Assembly (NCBI GenBank): GCA_000708835.1
Contig: DF237033.1
Location: forward strand, 62,001 to 126,000
DNA from: Klebsormidium nitens
Lineage: Eukaryota; Plantae; Klebsormidiophyceae
Reading direction: 5' to 3'
DNA: 64,000 bases
Shown: positions 36,082 through 48,400 of the stretch, piece by piece
Layout: each line of letters starts with the position of its first letter
How positions within the stretch are numbered: position 1 is the first letter of the stretch
Program-made: the position numbers and the translations under genes
The notes under the pieces: model-generated
What the model was told of the DNA's origin: nothing
Seen by the model: the letters and a program-made list of their open reading frames with translations, nothing else
Databases searched by the model: none

Positions 36082-39000
36082 ATGGGGCCCGCTTTGCACG
36101 CAGAAGGATCTGGGCCAGAGGTCGATAGCATCCTGTCGGACGTGCGACTATCTTCCAATACCAGTCCCGAGCCACATCATCGCCACATAGGAGTCCCCTA
36201 CCCAGAAGCGTCAGGGTCCGAGCCTCGTGAAATCGATTTCCTTTTGTCCCGCTCTGAGGCGCCCATTCACATTGGACACCGGCATGAGGTGCCCGTTCAC
36301 ACTGGCCGGCAACATGTCCACTCACAGTGGAGTGACGGCGATGACAGCGAAGGGGAGGAGGAGCGGCTACTTCTGGAGGGGCCCGTTCACACCGGACGGC
36401 AGAACGGGGAGGTTCTTCGCGCCGGAAACCAACTCGAGGGGCACGTTCACATCGGTTCTCGGCACAAGGTCGTCAGGTGGAGCGACGGCACTGAGTGGAG
36501 CGTGGAAGAAGGGATCGGTGTGAATGGGGCCTCGAGGCGCCAGGTGTTTGCTGAGGTGGCGAAGCAGGGGGCGCTTGCGGGTCCGATCATGGGGATGAAC
36601 GTCGTGTGGTTTCTACGGTCGATTGTGTCCATGATTTTCCTGGGGAGACTGGGCGAGCTGGAGCTGGCGGCTGGCTCGTTGGCTATCTCGCTGGCAAACG
36701 TGACTGGTTACAGGTGGGAACGGACTCACAAACGGTTCTAGGTGGCTTAACGGTGTCTTCTCTTCAAGTGCCTGACAATTTTTTATCCATCTTTCTGCCA
36801 AGCCTTGGTTGGCTCCAGATGGAATCATTCTCGCTTTGCCCAAGTTGGATTGAGAAGTTTGTCAAGAATGGAGAGTGGTCAGGATCCAAGTGGACGCTTT
36901 GATTTTTGTCTGCTCCGCTGAAATATCTCATTGGCGGCAGGGGGCAGGTACAATCCTGATGTGTCATAGTAGAGGTTTTCAGACTTCTTGAGATTTTCGA
37001 TACAGGCGTGCGCACATCTATGGTTCTGTAGGTGTTCATGACAAGCGTGTCATGCTTTCCTGGATGATTTGCTGGGCAGTTTTGTTCCATTCTGAAGAAC
37101 ACAGATCATTAAAAGCAGAACCCATCTCGCCGTTCACTGCTTGCGACACCTTTCGTAGACCCTTTTTTGGGGATGATTCACTCTCCCAAACGCTTACTTC
37201 AAGCGTCCGCGTAAGCATTTTGGTAAGGTATTAGAGAGCGGTTCTGAGATTTGGATCAGGTGAACAGCACGCTACCATGCACATCAGAGTGTATTCTTCT
37301 TGAGTTTCTGCCCCATCTCCCTTTTCGAGTCTGCATCCTGTAAGTTTCAGCAACGGGTTTTGAGCTTCTTATCTACCAAGCCCATGGCGCTAGGCATCAG
37401 CAGGTCTCTTTTTCCCTGTCAGATAGAAGGGTTTCATTCTCACTTAGTCGAACTGAAGTCTCTTATCATAACCAGCCAAGCGCTTATTATCACACTGTCC
37501 TGCAGCATCTTGTTCAGATTGGCGACCAGTTGAGAGTCCCTTATCTTCCAGTTAAAACGGCTCAAAGCACTATCACAAAACGGCCGCATTTGAACTTGGA
37601 TTGCTCAAAGGACCCAATTTTCGCACTGCCGATTCTGATGTTCTTTACTTTCTCCTGCGCAGCATTTTGTACGGCCTCTCGACCGGCCTCGAGCCCCTCA
37701 TCTCCCAGGCCTACGGCGCGAAGCGCTACCACACAATGGGCCGCATTCTGAACCGAGGGATCGTCATTCTCCTCTTTGCTTGCATTCCGATTATTGTCAT
37801 CTGGGCGAACGCGGAAAGTTTGCTGCTCCTGATGAAGCAGGACCCGGGCATTTCGCGAGAAGCGGGGCGGTACCTCCGGTGGATGATCCCCGACCTAATC
37901 GCGCTTGCGGGGGCGCAGCCAGTGCGGGTGTATCTGCGGTCACAGGTGGGGAATCCAACTTCGTCCTTACTTGTTACGGTTTTCAAGCTGCTTTTTATGG
38001 AGGGGGCCGCTAGTCTTGTGCGGAAGGAGGGGCGGTATCTCCGTTGGATAATCTCTGACCTGATTGCTCTTGCGGCGGCGCACCCAGTCCGGGTATATCT
38101 ACGATCGCAGGTGCGTTGAAACCATTCTCCTATCTCTTTACGGGCTTAAGAGCGCTCGAGTGTCAGGTTTATAGAGTATTCTTGCTGCTTCTGAGAAAAC
38201 AGGACTGACTAACGTTCTTCATGAAGTGGGGAGGAATCCTTGGTAGCTGATGCCCGACCTTATCGCTCGTGGAAGGGACGCAGCTGATGCGGTTTGACTA
38301 CGGTCCTTGCAAGTGCGAGATCATTAGCTTCTTCCCCGCCTTCAGACCGGACTTGGAGGGTGCCGGAGGGTTAGGTCTCTACGTATTCTATCTGCTTCCA
38401 ATGAAGCAGGGTGCAGACATTGCACGAAAAGTCGGTGGTATATCTGTCCGCTTATCCATGCGCCAGTACTGGGCTTCAACAGTCCATTCCCCGATCAACT
38501 TCTTTCTCAGTCTCGGCCTCAAGTTGGGCGGTCAACCTTCTGGGTAAGAACAATTCATAGGCAAGAGTTGCGCCCATCTGACATATCATCGTTTTGCTTG
38601 CATCGGGGATGACGTTCCCGCTCCTCCCGTGCGCGGTGATTGCCTTCATCTTCCACGTCCCGATCAACTTCCTGCTCATCTTCGGTCTCAATCTGGGCCC
38701 TATTATTCGCATCGCAATCGAACTTGCGCAATCATAGCGCACAACTGAACTGATTTTCATTCGCATACCAGGGCTTAACGTTTCCCCTCAACCCGCGTGC
38801 GGTCATCGCCTTCATCTTCCACGTGCCCATCAACTTTCTTCTCATCCCCGGCCTCACCTTTGGGCCCTATCCCTTTTTCTCCTCACAGCCACCTCAACTG
38901 ATCACAATACGTCTTTGTGCAATTTTTCAGGGTCTGACTTTCCCGCTCATCCCGTGCGCGGTCATTGCGTTCACCTTCCACGTGCCCATCAACTTACCTG

Positions 39001-42000
39001 TCGTTCGGGCCTCAAATTGGTCGCTTTCTTTTTCTTTCCTCACAACCCGCGCCTTAAATCTGCATTCGTGACAACTCCTCCTTTTTGCAACTCAGGGCTT
39101 GACGTTTCCGCTCATACCCTGCGCGGTCATCGCCTTCATCTTCCACGTGCCCATCAACTTCCTGCTCATCTTTGGCCTCAAGTTGGGCGCTGCGGGGGCG
39201 GCTCTCGCGTCTGGCGTCACGGATTTCAACCTGCTGTTCCTTATGGTTCTCTACATCCGCTGCTTGGGCGTTCACAAAAAGTCGTGGACCGGATTTTCAA
39301 TACGGAGCTGCTTCTCGGAGTGGGGGCCGTTCCTGCGGTACGTCGGCTTTCTGCTCCTAAATTCTTTTCCCCAAAGTTGTGGGCTTTTCGAATTTGAGGA
39401 ATCTGGTTTCATTCCAAAAGGGTTTGGAGACTTCAACCTGCTGTTCCTCATGGTTCTGTATATCCGCTGCCTGGGCGTGCACAAAAAGTCGTGGACCGGA
39501 TTTCCAATACGGAGCTGTTTCTCGGAATGGGGGCCGTTCTTACGGTAGATTGCATTATTCTCGGTTGCCTGTCTTTTGAGATGATTATTTCCAAAGGGTT
39601 ACACTAATTTCAACCTGTTGTTCCTCATGGTTCTTTACATCCGCTGCCTGGGCGTTCACATAAAGTCGTGGACCGGGTTTCCTCGAAGAGCTGCTTTTTG
39701 ATATGAAGTCGGTTTTGCGGTGAGCGGGGTATTTCCGGGCGGCTTTTCTCTTCGAGACGGAGGCTGAAATCTTCTGACTCTCTTGGCAATGATCGAAGAC
39801 AGAATTGGCACGTTAAGGTTGACCAGATTTGCCTTTGAGCTGCTTTCAAAGGTGCGGCAATGGCTGCAATGAGAGGATCACAGAATGTCTGACTGCCAAC
39901 ATCAGGTGCGATCAAGTTCAAAGAGCGAGGCTTTCCTCTGTAATCGACTTCGCCTCTCCCTGCTTGGCTCCCTTTGGTCCACCGCCCATACCCTCAGCTA
40001 CATCTGTGATTGCCCGTCGTCCAAGCTTTGCGTCTTTTCAGTCGGTGCGTCTCTTCTGAGGCGGTGCTTTTGACTCGGTCAACCGGGACCGAAACAAGGG
40101 GCTCGCACAGGATTCCAGTTAATGCGAAATCGAAACGCACCGGTTATCCGAGCACTTACCCGTGTCACCTGCTGCAGATTGGCGGCGCCTTCCTGTGTTG
40201 CCACGTGTCTTGAGTGGTGGTGCTACGAATTGCTGCTGCTCTTTGCGGGCTTGCTGAAGGTAAGCTGCGTCCCTCTTTTTGTCGTCTTACCTGCCCGTTG
40301 AGACCTATGACCTAGTTCGCTTTCGTTTCATTGAACCTGTCTGCACGACCTCCGTTTGGTTACGAGCGCTATTTTGGTTGCTTCTGTGGATCTCTTCGAG
40401 ATTTTCACTTTTTCAATCCTGTCCTCGAGTGTCTTGTGTCTTGAGTCAATGGGCTCGTTTGCAAGTTCTCCGTGTGCTTACACGCGCTTGTTCGGATGCT
40501 TACTTGAATCTTGTGTTGGTAATCTTTACTTGGCCTTCGATTTGCGACATTGTCCTGCTTGCGTTTCGCTTTACCGACTCGTCGTTTGCAAGTTGCCCAT
40601 GTTTTCAATAAGAGCGCTTCTTCGGTTGTGGATAGGGTAGACCTATTTGTCCTTTCTCCTCTTAAGAATCCCATCCGGCTATATTGTGCGTGAAAGCTGT
40701 CGAAACGCGGCAAGTCACATGCACCTTTTTCGCATGAGGTCCCCAGTCGCGCTCAAGTTATGGTTTCTCCCAAGCTTTCTTCCTCCCTTATTTCCGTTTC
40801 TCGCATGCAAGCCGGTTATTTCGCTGTTTCCATTTGCTCTTCCGTTCCCCTCCACAGGAATCCGTCCAAGAAACCGGCACCTCAGACTCTTCATCTATGG
40901 GTTCGAGTGTTGGATATTTTCAGGGTTTCCACGATGATCAGTGTAGTCTTCCTCGTCGTTCCGGTCATTCCGTCATTCCGTTCCACGAGCAGGACCTTGT
41001 CCGATGGAACGTCACGTTAATCGTGTGTATTTATCCCAGCGACACTTGATTCGTCGGTTCAATCTCTAGGTTACGTAAGGTGTAAAGTGCAGCTGTTTTT
41101 AGGCGTTCCGGTCATTCCGCTGTTCCGCTCTGCTCCGCAGGACCCCGTCCGCTCGATCGCCGCCATGACCGTTTGCCTAAACCTCGACAGCCTCTGTTAC
41201 ATGGTTCCCACCGCACTGAGTTCCTCCCTTAGGTGAGCCCAAACGTCTCCATAACCCGCCGCCTTTTCCCATAGCTTATGGTTGGCTATCATACCTTATT
41301 GCAGAACCCCGTGGAATCCGTAGCCGTGATGTCGGTATGCCTCAACTTCGGCGCGCTCGCGTACATGGTCCCCGCAGCGATGAGCTCGTCGTTGAGGTGA
41401 GGGGGGGTCGTTTTCAGTCGCTTTTTGGGGGGGCTGGTATGAACGAGAGGTGAGTGGTGGTGATTTCCAGTGGGGTTTTCGTTGTGACTGGATACAAAGT
41501 GGTCCCGTTGTGAGCGGGCTGGTTCACTCGTTGGCGGGGTTTGTGCAGAATATTGGAGGTAGGGAGAGGTAGTCTTGATCATCCTGTAAAGCGGTGAGGA
41601 CGAGGCATTCAGGGTTCAGGATTTCTCAGATTTTGGTTCAGATTGTTAGGGTCTTTATTACAAGTCTCGAAGCGACGTCTGCTATGGTTCTTGGGGGGAA
41701 AGATTATGTAAAGACCATGGAAATGCATCTGGAAAACGCGCTTCGGTATAGCAAGACTTCTGACTGTAGATTCTATACCGATAGGCGCATGGCTCGTTGC
41801 AGACAGACTCTGCTCTGCAAGGGGACCCTTGTCTCCTTCTGTGCGGGGTTTAGCGTTCTCGCTCTGTTGCTACAGTCTAGATCCAAGTCGATATCTGCAT
41901 CGCACAGATTGTCAGCAAGCTCGGTGCGAAGAGCCTTTGCTTTTGATTGATCAAGTTGGCCTTTCGTAACCTGTTCAGGGCTGACGTACTTTTATTCCAG

Positions 42001-43936
42001 TTTTCTTCGAGTCAACGACATTCCCTGTCGCTCTCGGAACCAGAGTTCTCGTCTCCAGCACGCGTTTGGGGACCGAGCTTGGGTGCAAATGGCCCTTCCT
42101 TTGCCAAGTTGATTGCACAAGTCAAGTACTTTCCTTGTTCACCTTCTGTTGATTCATGACCGACACTTTGTTGGCCCTTTCCGCAGCACGCGACTCGGCA
42201 ACGAGCTCGGCGCAAACAGCCCTTTCTCTGCTAGGTGAATCACCCTACTGAGTACTTTTCGATTTAGTTCTGGGAGCTCAATGGACAACTACGCTGAAGT
42301 AACCCTGTCCTTAACCGCAGTCCCTAACCCACTCGTTTCCTTCTCCTCAGCCCGCGAGTTGGTCGGGCTCGGCGCAAACAGCCCTTTCTCCGCTAGGTTA
42401 ATCACCCTATTGAGGTCTTTTCGATTAGTTTTTGGAGCTCAATGGACAATCACGCTGAAGTAACCCTGCTCTTATTCGCGCCGCTCGACCTACTCTCTTT
42501 TTGCCTTTTTCGCAGTGCGCGAGTTGGTAACGGGCTCGGCGCAAACAGCCCCTTCTTCGCCCGGTTGATCACGCTACTGAGGGGTTTGTTTTTCGTATTT
42601 GGAGCTCAATGGGCAACTACGCTGAAGTATCCCTGCTCCTAACCGCGCCTGCCTAACCTACTCTTTTTTTTGCCTTTTTGGCAGTGCGCGGGGTTGGTAA
42701 CAAGCTCAGCGCAACCAGCCCCCTCTTTGCCCCGCTGGCCACCTTATCGTACACTCTTTTCACCCGTTTTTGGAGCTGCAACCAAGCTGACTGATATAAC
42801 CCTTTTTCAAGCGCGGTTCCTGATTCTCTTTCTGTTTCCCTTTCGCAGCGCGCGCGTCGGTAACGAGCTCGGCGCAAACAGCCCCTTCTTCGCCCGGTTG
42901 GCAACGCAAGTGGCCGGTTGGCTGTCCGTCTTTCTGGGGGGCGTTTCCGCGCTCATCCTGATACTGACACGTCACCAGATCGGACGGCTGTTCACCGATA
43001 ACGAGGACCTGCTGAAAATGATCGCTAGTATCCTTCCGCTTGTGGCGCTCTGCCACGTGGCAGACAGCCCGCAGACGACGCTCTCGGGGGCTCTCCGGGG
43101 GATGGCGCGGTGAGTTCACAAGCCCCGGGCACCAAACCAAAAATCCTAACCCAAGCAACCGTTCGCTCCACGGGCATACCCACCCTAACCATCGAACTGA
43201 CCCTACGCGTCACTTGCGAAAGTACTTGAATCTGCCAGACGTCGGATGTAAAGGGTCCAGATAACGACGGATGCAGGAAGGATGACCGTCTAAAGCAAGA
43301 AAGTTGTCGTATAGCTGAAAATGGGATGCGATATTCGTCTTCAGTCAAAGTTTTGTTTTGTGCGATGGAAGGGCAAACCCTCTCGATTTGTATCGGTACT
43401 TCGCATGGCTTGTTACCCAAGAGATGGGGGTACCTTTATCGCCATTTCCAGCCTAGTCATGTTTCCAGGATGTGCGTTGCAGTCTTCGCTCACAAAGCAT
43501 TCTTCCTTCATGCCGCACTTCACCACAATACTTGGCAATCTTGAATAGACGTGACCCAACACAAAGGGCTCTGGCGCTTTCTTTCGGCGCTGATGCGTTT
43601 GGTTCTTGCAGGCCCACTATTTTCCTGGTGATCAACCTGGCGTCGTACTACGGGTTTGGCATGCCGGTCGCCCTCTTCCTCGCTTTCCACGCCCACTTGG
43701 GAGTGCCCGGAATGTGGATGGGCCTTTTTTGCGCGCAGATTGTGCAAGTAATCTTAGTGTGCGCGATCGTTTTCCGAACGGACTGGCCGATGCAAGCGGC
43801 AAAGGCCCAGGAATTGACGTGTCAGATCGATGAGAATGATTCGAAGGAGTCGACAGAGAGTCTGCAGAAGGGGCTTGAGATGGGGGATGTTGAGAAGCAG
43901 GAAGTTTCGGATATATACGGCCACGAAGACGACTGA
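36082..43936 (+). CDS. DTX: MATE (DTX) efflux transporter, DTX48-56-like, ~638 aa; exons 36082-36713, 37663-37945, 39096-39337, 40178-40259, 41141-41232 (or alternative 41305-41396), 42849-43109, 43612-43936
   Basis: [77 protein letters not shown] and YYGFGMPVA are MATE motifs. The model is phase-consistent (1917 nt). The ATG start is the most 5' in-frame one and is less certain. Confidence 0.92.
37946..39725 (+). repeat. Echo arrays around MATE exons 2 and 3 (donor echo 38110; acceptor echoes ~38606, 38771, 38930; donor echoes 39544, 39719)
   Basis: Copies of YLRW..DLIALA..PVRVYLRSQ|GT, AG|GLTFPLIPCAVIAFIFHVPIN and FNLLFLMVLYIRCLGVHKKSWTG..GPFLR|GT, period ~160-207 bp. Confidence 0.93.
41305..41396 (+). 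CDS. Alternative (putative mutually exclusive) MATE exon 5b, NPVESVAVMSVCLNFGALAYMVPAAMSSSL
   Basis: TTATTGCAG acceptor and AG|GTGAGG donor. Exactly 92 nt, same phases (0 to 2) as exon 5a (41141-41232), open frame, 19/30 identical residues. Confidence 0.75.
42040..42910 (+). repeat. Acceptor echo array of MATE exon 6 (5 copies plus the real site)
   Basis: CAG|.GCGCG..T.GG.AAC.(A/G)GCTCGGCGCAAACAGCCC with acceptor AG ending at 42058, 42186, 42350, 42515, 42684 and 42848 (real); period mostly ~165 bp. Confidence 0.93.
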
Positions 43937-45466
43937 TAGATGCGCGCGGATCGATTGAGAACATATATGGGCGGACGACACCAGCCGACTTTTAGTTGGG
44001 TTACCATGAAAGAGGTATTGAATCTTGAAATCGGAGCAATTGAGCTTGTGACATGCTGGTCCCGCGGTGTCAAGAAGCAAATATATGAGCTATCCAGGTG
44101 AGAGTTCCAACACCGTCTGTTTTGACGGCACGTTTTGGAGGCAGTCAATATAGAAGCAAAACCGATATCTTAAACCCGGTATCTGAGCCTTCAGAGTGAT
44201 GTTTGCGTGGCCGGCTTGATGAAAAAATGGTATTACTGCATGAAGCGGACACTTTGCAGCATACCGTCAAGGCTCTACTTACTGCCTTAAGATTGGCATG
44301 CACATGCGTGCCCATTGTGATGATTGCCTATGAGCTGCATACTGTAGCACGGCCGGGCCACCAACCGTGGCCTACTTAGCTTAATGGAATCAGCCACTTC
44401 CGAAGCGCATCATTTGCTTGAAACAATTGAGCTACTAGCGCGGCAAGGTCAACTTACAATGATACCGTACGGACTTTATGGAAGTGCTGGCATTACTCTC
44501 GGTGTGATGCACGTACGGAGATTCGCGTACGTTTCAAGTTTATGTAGTACCATGGGTCCCTATGTCACGCATGCCCTGCGCCCCGGTGCATGCATAATTG
44601 AATACTAGTGCCATGTATGATCGTACATGTCGCATGCATGCATGCAATTGTTGTGCGCCGACGTTAATCAAATCAGAATCTAATTAACCATGCACATTAT
44701 ATTCATGAATAATGGCGCCGGGCATCATTTGTTAAGAGCCGCCAGGCTTTCATGAGTCCGCAGGCATGCATGAGGCACTTGCTAGCTAGAGTAATTTGTT
44801 AGCATGCAGTCTAGGTTACTTGCATCCACCCGGACATGACTTACAACCGTAGCAAGTTGTAGAGTCAAGAACACCCATCCCGGCTTGGCCGGAGGCCGTG
44901 CTCAATGGCTGAATGAGGCTAAGGGCGTTAATAAATTGGAAGTTACCATGCATCGCATTGAGTATGCTTCCAATTTTAATGATTTTGCGGTGGCCAGCCG
45001 CGCGGCGGCTTCTGCACTCCGGCCGATCCTCCCAAGAGCTAGATCCAGAGCGCACTGAAAACGCGTATATATGCTGGCAAATTGCATGAAATGATCGAGC
45101 CGCCATATCCGACAACAATAAGATCGAAACTCTGTGATACCGTAGTACACCTCAGCTACTCATTGGGTTTGCAAACCAACTCAAACGGGCCTTCGTTATC
45201 CTATGGATGCGGCCTGAGATCGTGTCAAGCTCCGAACCAGGCCCGAGCTTACAAAACCGTCCTGTGGATATCGTTTCTGGAAGTCACGTTGCTGGACTCA
45301 ACGTAAGCCAGTCGTAACACCTAAAGTACACATTGGGCCATAGCTTATAGGCAGCGTCTAAAGCCCCCCTAGGCAAGTCAACCACAACCGCGACTGCGAG
45401 CAATCTAACCTAACGTATCCAGCCAGTCCACCGACCGACCAAACTACCGTGCGCGCACACCGCCAT

Positions 45467-48400
45467 CTAAAGCAGAATCTGCCGTTTCGTGTCTTCCTCG
45501 GCGCCCCCGAGGGTACGCAAAATGGTTTCCAAGCGCACCATGACCTCCTCAAACGTCGGCCGCTTTTGCGGGTCGTCCTGCCAGCAGTCCTCTGTAAGGC
45601 GAACGAGCTCCGGGTCCCATTCTCCTGCAGCGATCGGGGGCCGTAACCCGGCGGCGACGGAGGTGATCACCTGAGGCTCGTGCACACCCTGCGGACAAAG
45701 AACGTGCTCATTCAGACCTACTCTTCCTTTATTGCTTATCTGCTTGCAGTGATGTTACCGAGTGTCAGTCCTGTACTACGATTCGTGTACCTACCACGAG
45801 ACGAATACAAACGCGAGATGAAGGACAGAATGGGGAGACCGTATCTCGAGTGTTCAAATCAGCATGAGATACGAGGTTATGCGGAGCTTTGAAGCGCCAG
45901 AGCACGACGATATCCTTGAACACACCGCCCATGAGACTCTCTGTTCAAGAAGCTCACAAACAACGACGCCGAACCTTAAACGTCGCAATTATGGTCGACC
46001 AAGAAGGTCCCGGGGCTTGAAAGACCCATACCCAACCCAAAGCTCTGAAAAAGTGCCGCAACGTTTTGCAACTCACCGTCCAAGTTGAAACCTTACCCAA
46101 TTTTGACCACCCTGAATCCAGCAAATGTGAGTTCATACCGTCATTTTTACTCACCGCCCAAGGAACTTCTCGGAGGAGCAGCTTCCAGGGAGTGACGCCA
46201 AAGCTGTAGACGGCGCAATTTTGATCGACCTCCAACGGGTGCCGGAATTTTAAGAAGATTACGCAACCCAAAATCGTGAACTAAATACCGCAAAATCGTA
46301 AATAAGTGCCGCGAGATCGTCTATTACTCACCGCCCAAGGAACTTTCCGGGCAAGCAGCTCCCAGAGAATGACGCCGAATCTGTAGACGTCACACTTTTG
46401 GTCGACAATGGACGGGTGCCGCAATCTTTAGCACCTTTACACAACCCAAAACCTTGAACCAAGTGCCGCAAAATCCTAATCAAGTGCCGCGAGATCGTCT
46501 GTCACTCACCGCCCAAGGAACTTTTCGGGCGAGTAGCTCCCAGAGAATGACGCCGAAACTGTAGACGTCGCACTTTTGGTCGACCATCGACGGATCCCGG
46601 AAGACCTCGGGGGCCATATAGGAGATGGTCCCCGCGGCGCGAAGCGTGGAGAGGGGCCGCTTGCTGGACTTCTGGTTTAATAACCGAGACTGCCCAAAGT
46701 CGCACACCTGGCGAGAAAGGATTGGTCAAGGAATCAAATCTACAATATTGTATTTCTTGTTCTAAGTTTTGCAGTGTTATGTTAGAAAGTGATTGACAAA
46801 CGAACTGTTGAAAGCACCATTTTCAGGTTTCCATGAAGGGACCGCTTGGTCAACTTCTGGTTTATAACCGGGACTGCCCAAAGTCGCAAACCTTGCGGCA
46901 AGCAAAAATGGTTGGTCAAGAAAATGAGGATTGTGTCCTGTCTGATTCTCAAAGGGGGCCGCTTGCTGAATTCGATAGCGGGAGCTGACCCAATCGCACA
47001 CGCGGCGGCACATGGAACAACAGATTTAGAAGACGTGGTACTGATAGGAGCCTGGAGAATGCAGCCAATTACTTCAGATATCACGAAGGGTCTGCTTGCT
47101 GGAAATTCGAACTTCGATGACGGGGACAGCGCCAATGTTGAACGTTGGGGTGCAGGGCAGAACAGTAAATAGAGAACAGAGGAATAGGATTCGAGGAATG
47201 CGTGATTTTGTCGTAGAGTCTTGGCTTTTAGGCAGGAACTGCAAGACCGCTGAGTTGCGGCGACGGGCAGAGACAATAGAGGTACAGGAATCTGGGTATA
47301 CGGAAGTGGATGTTGATGTCCAGAGTGACTGGTTTCCAATTGGGTCTGTCAAAAGAGGACTGAGAACCTTTCAACTCTGCGATTTGTGGGCTCAAAAGTC
47401 TTGACATGCACTTGATATCAGGCTTGAATATAAACAATCACGAGGCGCAGGGTCTCTAATTCTCCGAATTTGAAAAACGGCTCACCTTGACAGTATTATC
47501 CAAGCCCACAAGCAGATTGCCCGTCTTCAGATCCCGATGCACCTGCATGGGCAAAGGAGATAGTTTATAAGCTTGGGAGCGGGCTTTAAGTCTTACGAGA
47601 GCTGCAAGCGCTAATCGCCGACGAAAGCGGATGTTTGCAAGGCCAGAACGACGAAGGCATGAGGACGCCACCCACAGAAAGAGCAGCAGTCAGGCGTGCG
47701 CGCGTGAAGCCAGCCAAAATGGTTGACTTCACTGAATTTTAGAGCTTCCTTTATAACAAGAAAACGCTCGCTCTCGTTTGTCAAGAGTTAAGAAAGAAGG
47801 CGACCCCGACGAAAAGGCGCAGCAAGTGTGAACGAAGAAGTAACGCGACTTCGATGCCAAAGGTTTCCCCGGTTGGCCCTGAAGAACGAGATCCGAAATC
47901 GGGGGGAGGGAGACGGCTCACCAGTCCTTGCAGATGCAAGAAGCCCATCCCTCGCGCGACCCCGAGCGCGTACGAGAGGCGCTGCGAGAGACTGATGGGC
48001 TCAGGGGCGTGCTCGCGATGAAGCACGTCGAAGAGACTCCCGCGAGCCAGGTACTCAGTGACGATGTACACCTGCTAGTAGAAAGTACGTGCAGAGTGAG
48101 AAAAGCCCAAGTGGTTTTACGTGGCATCTGGTTCCAAACCTCTGGAATTGACGTCGCTTTCAATGTGCAATAAGCTGATGGGCCCAGCGTGCTTAAACGT
48201 CGAAGAGACTCCCACGCGCCAGGTACTCGGTCGCAATGTACACCCGTAATACGACAGATGCCGGGCCAGTTTCCCAGGAATTCAAAGGGTTTAGTGATCC
48301 TTAAGACTGGCGGCTCATGGGGTGGTGAAAGACGTTGACAAGACTCCTGTGCGCCTCAATTATAATCACATTGTGCACATGTGAAGACGGAATATGTGTT

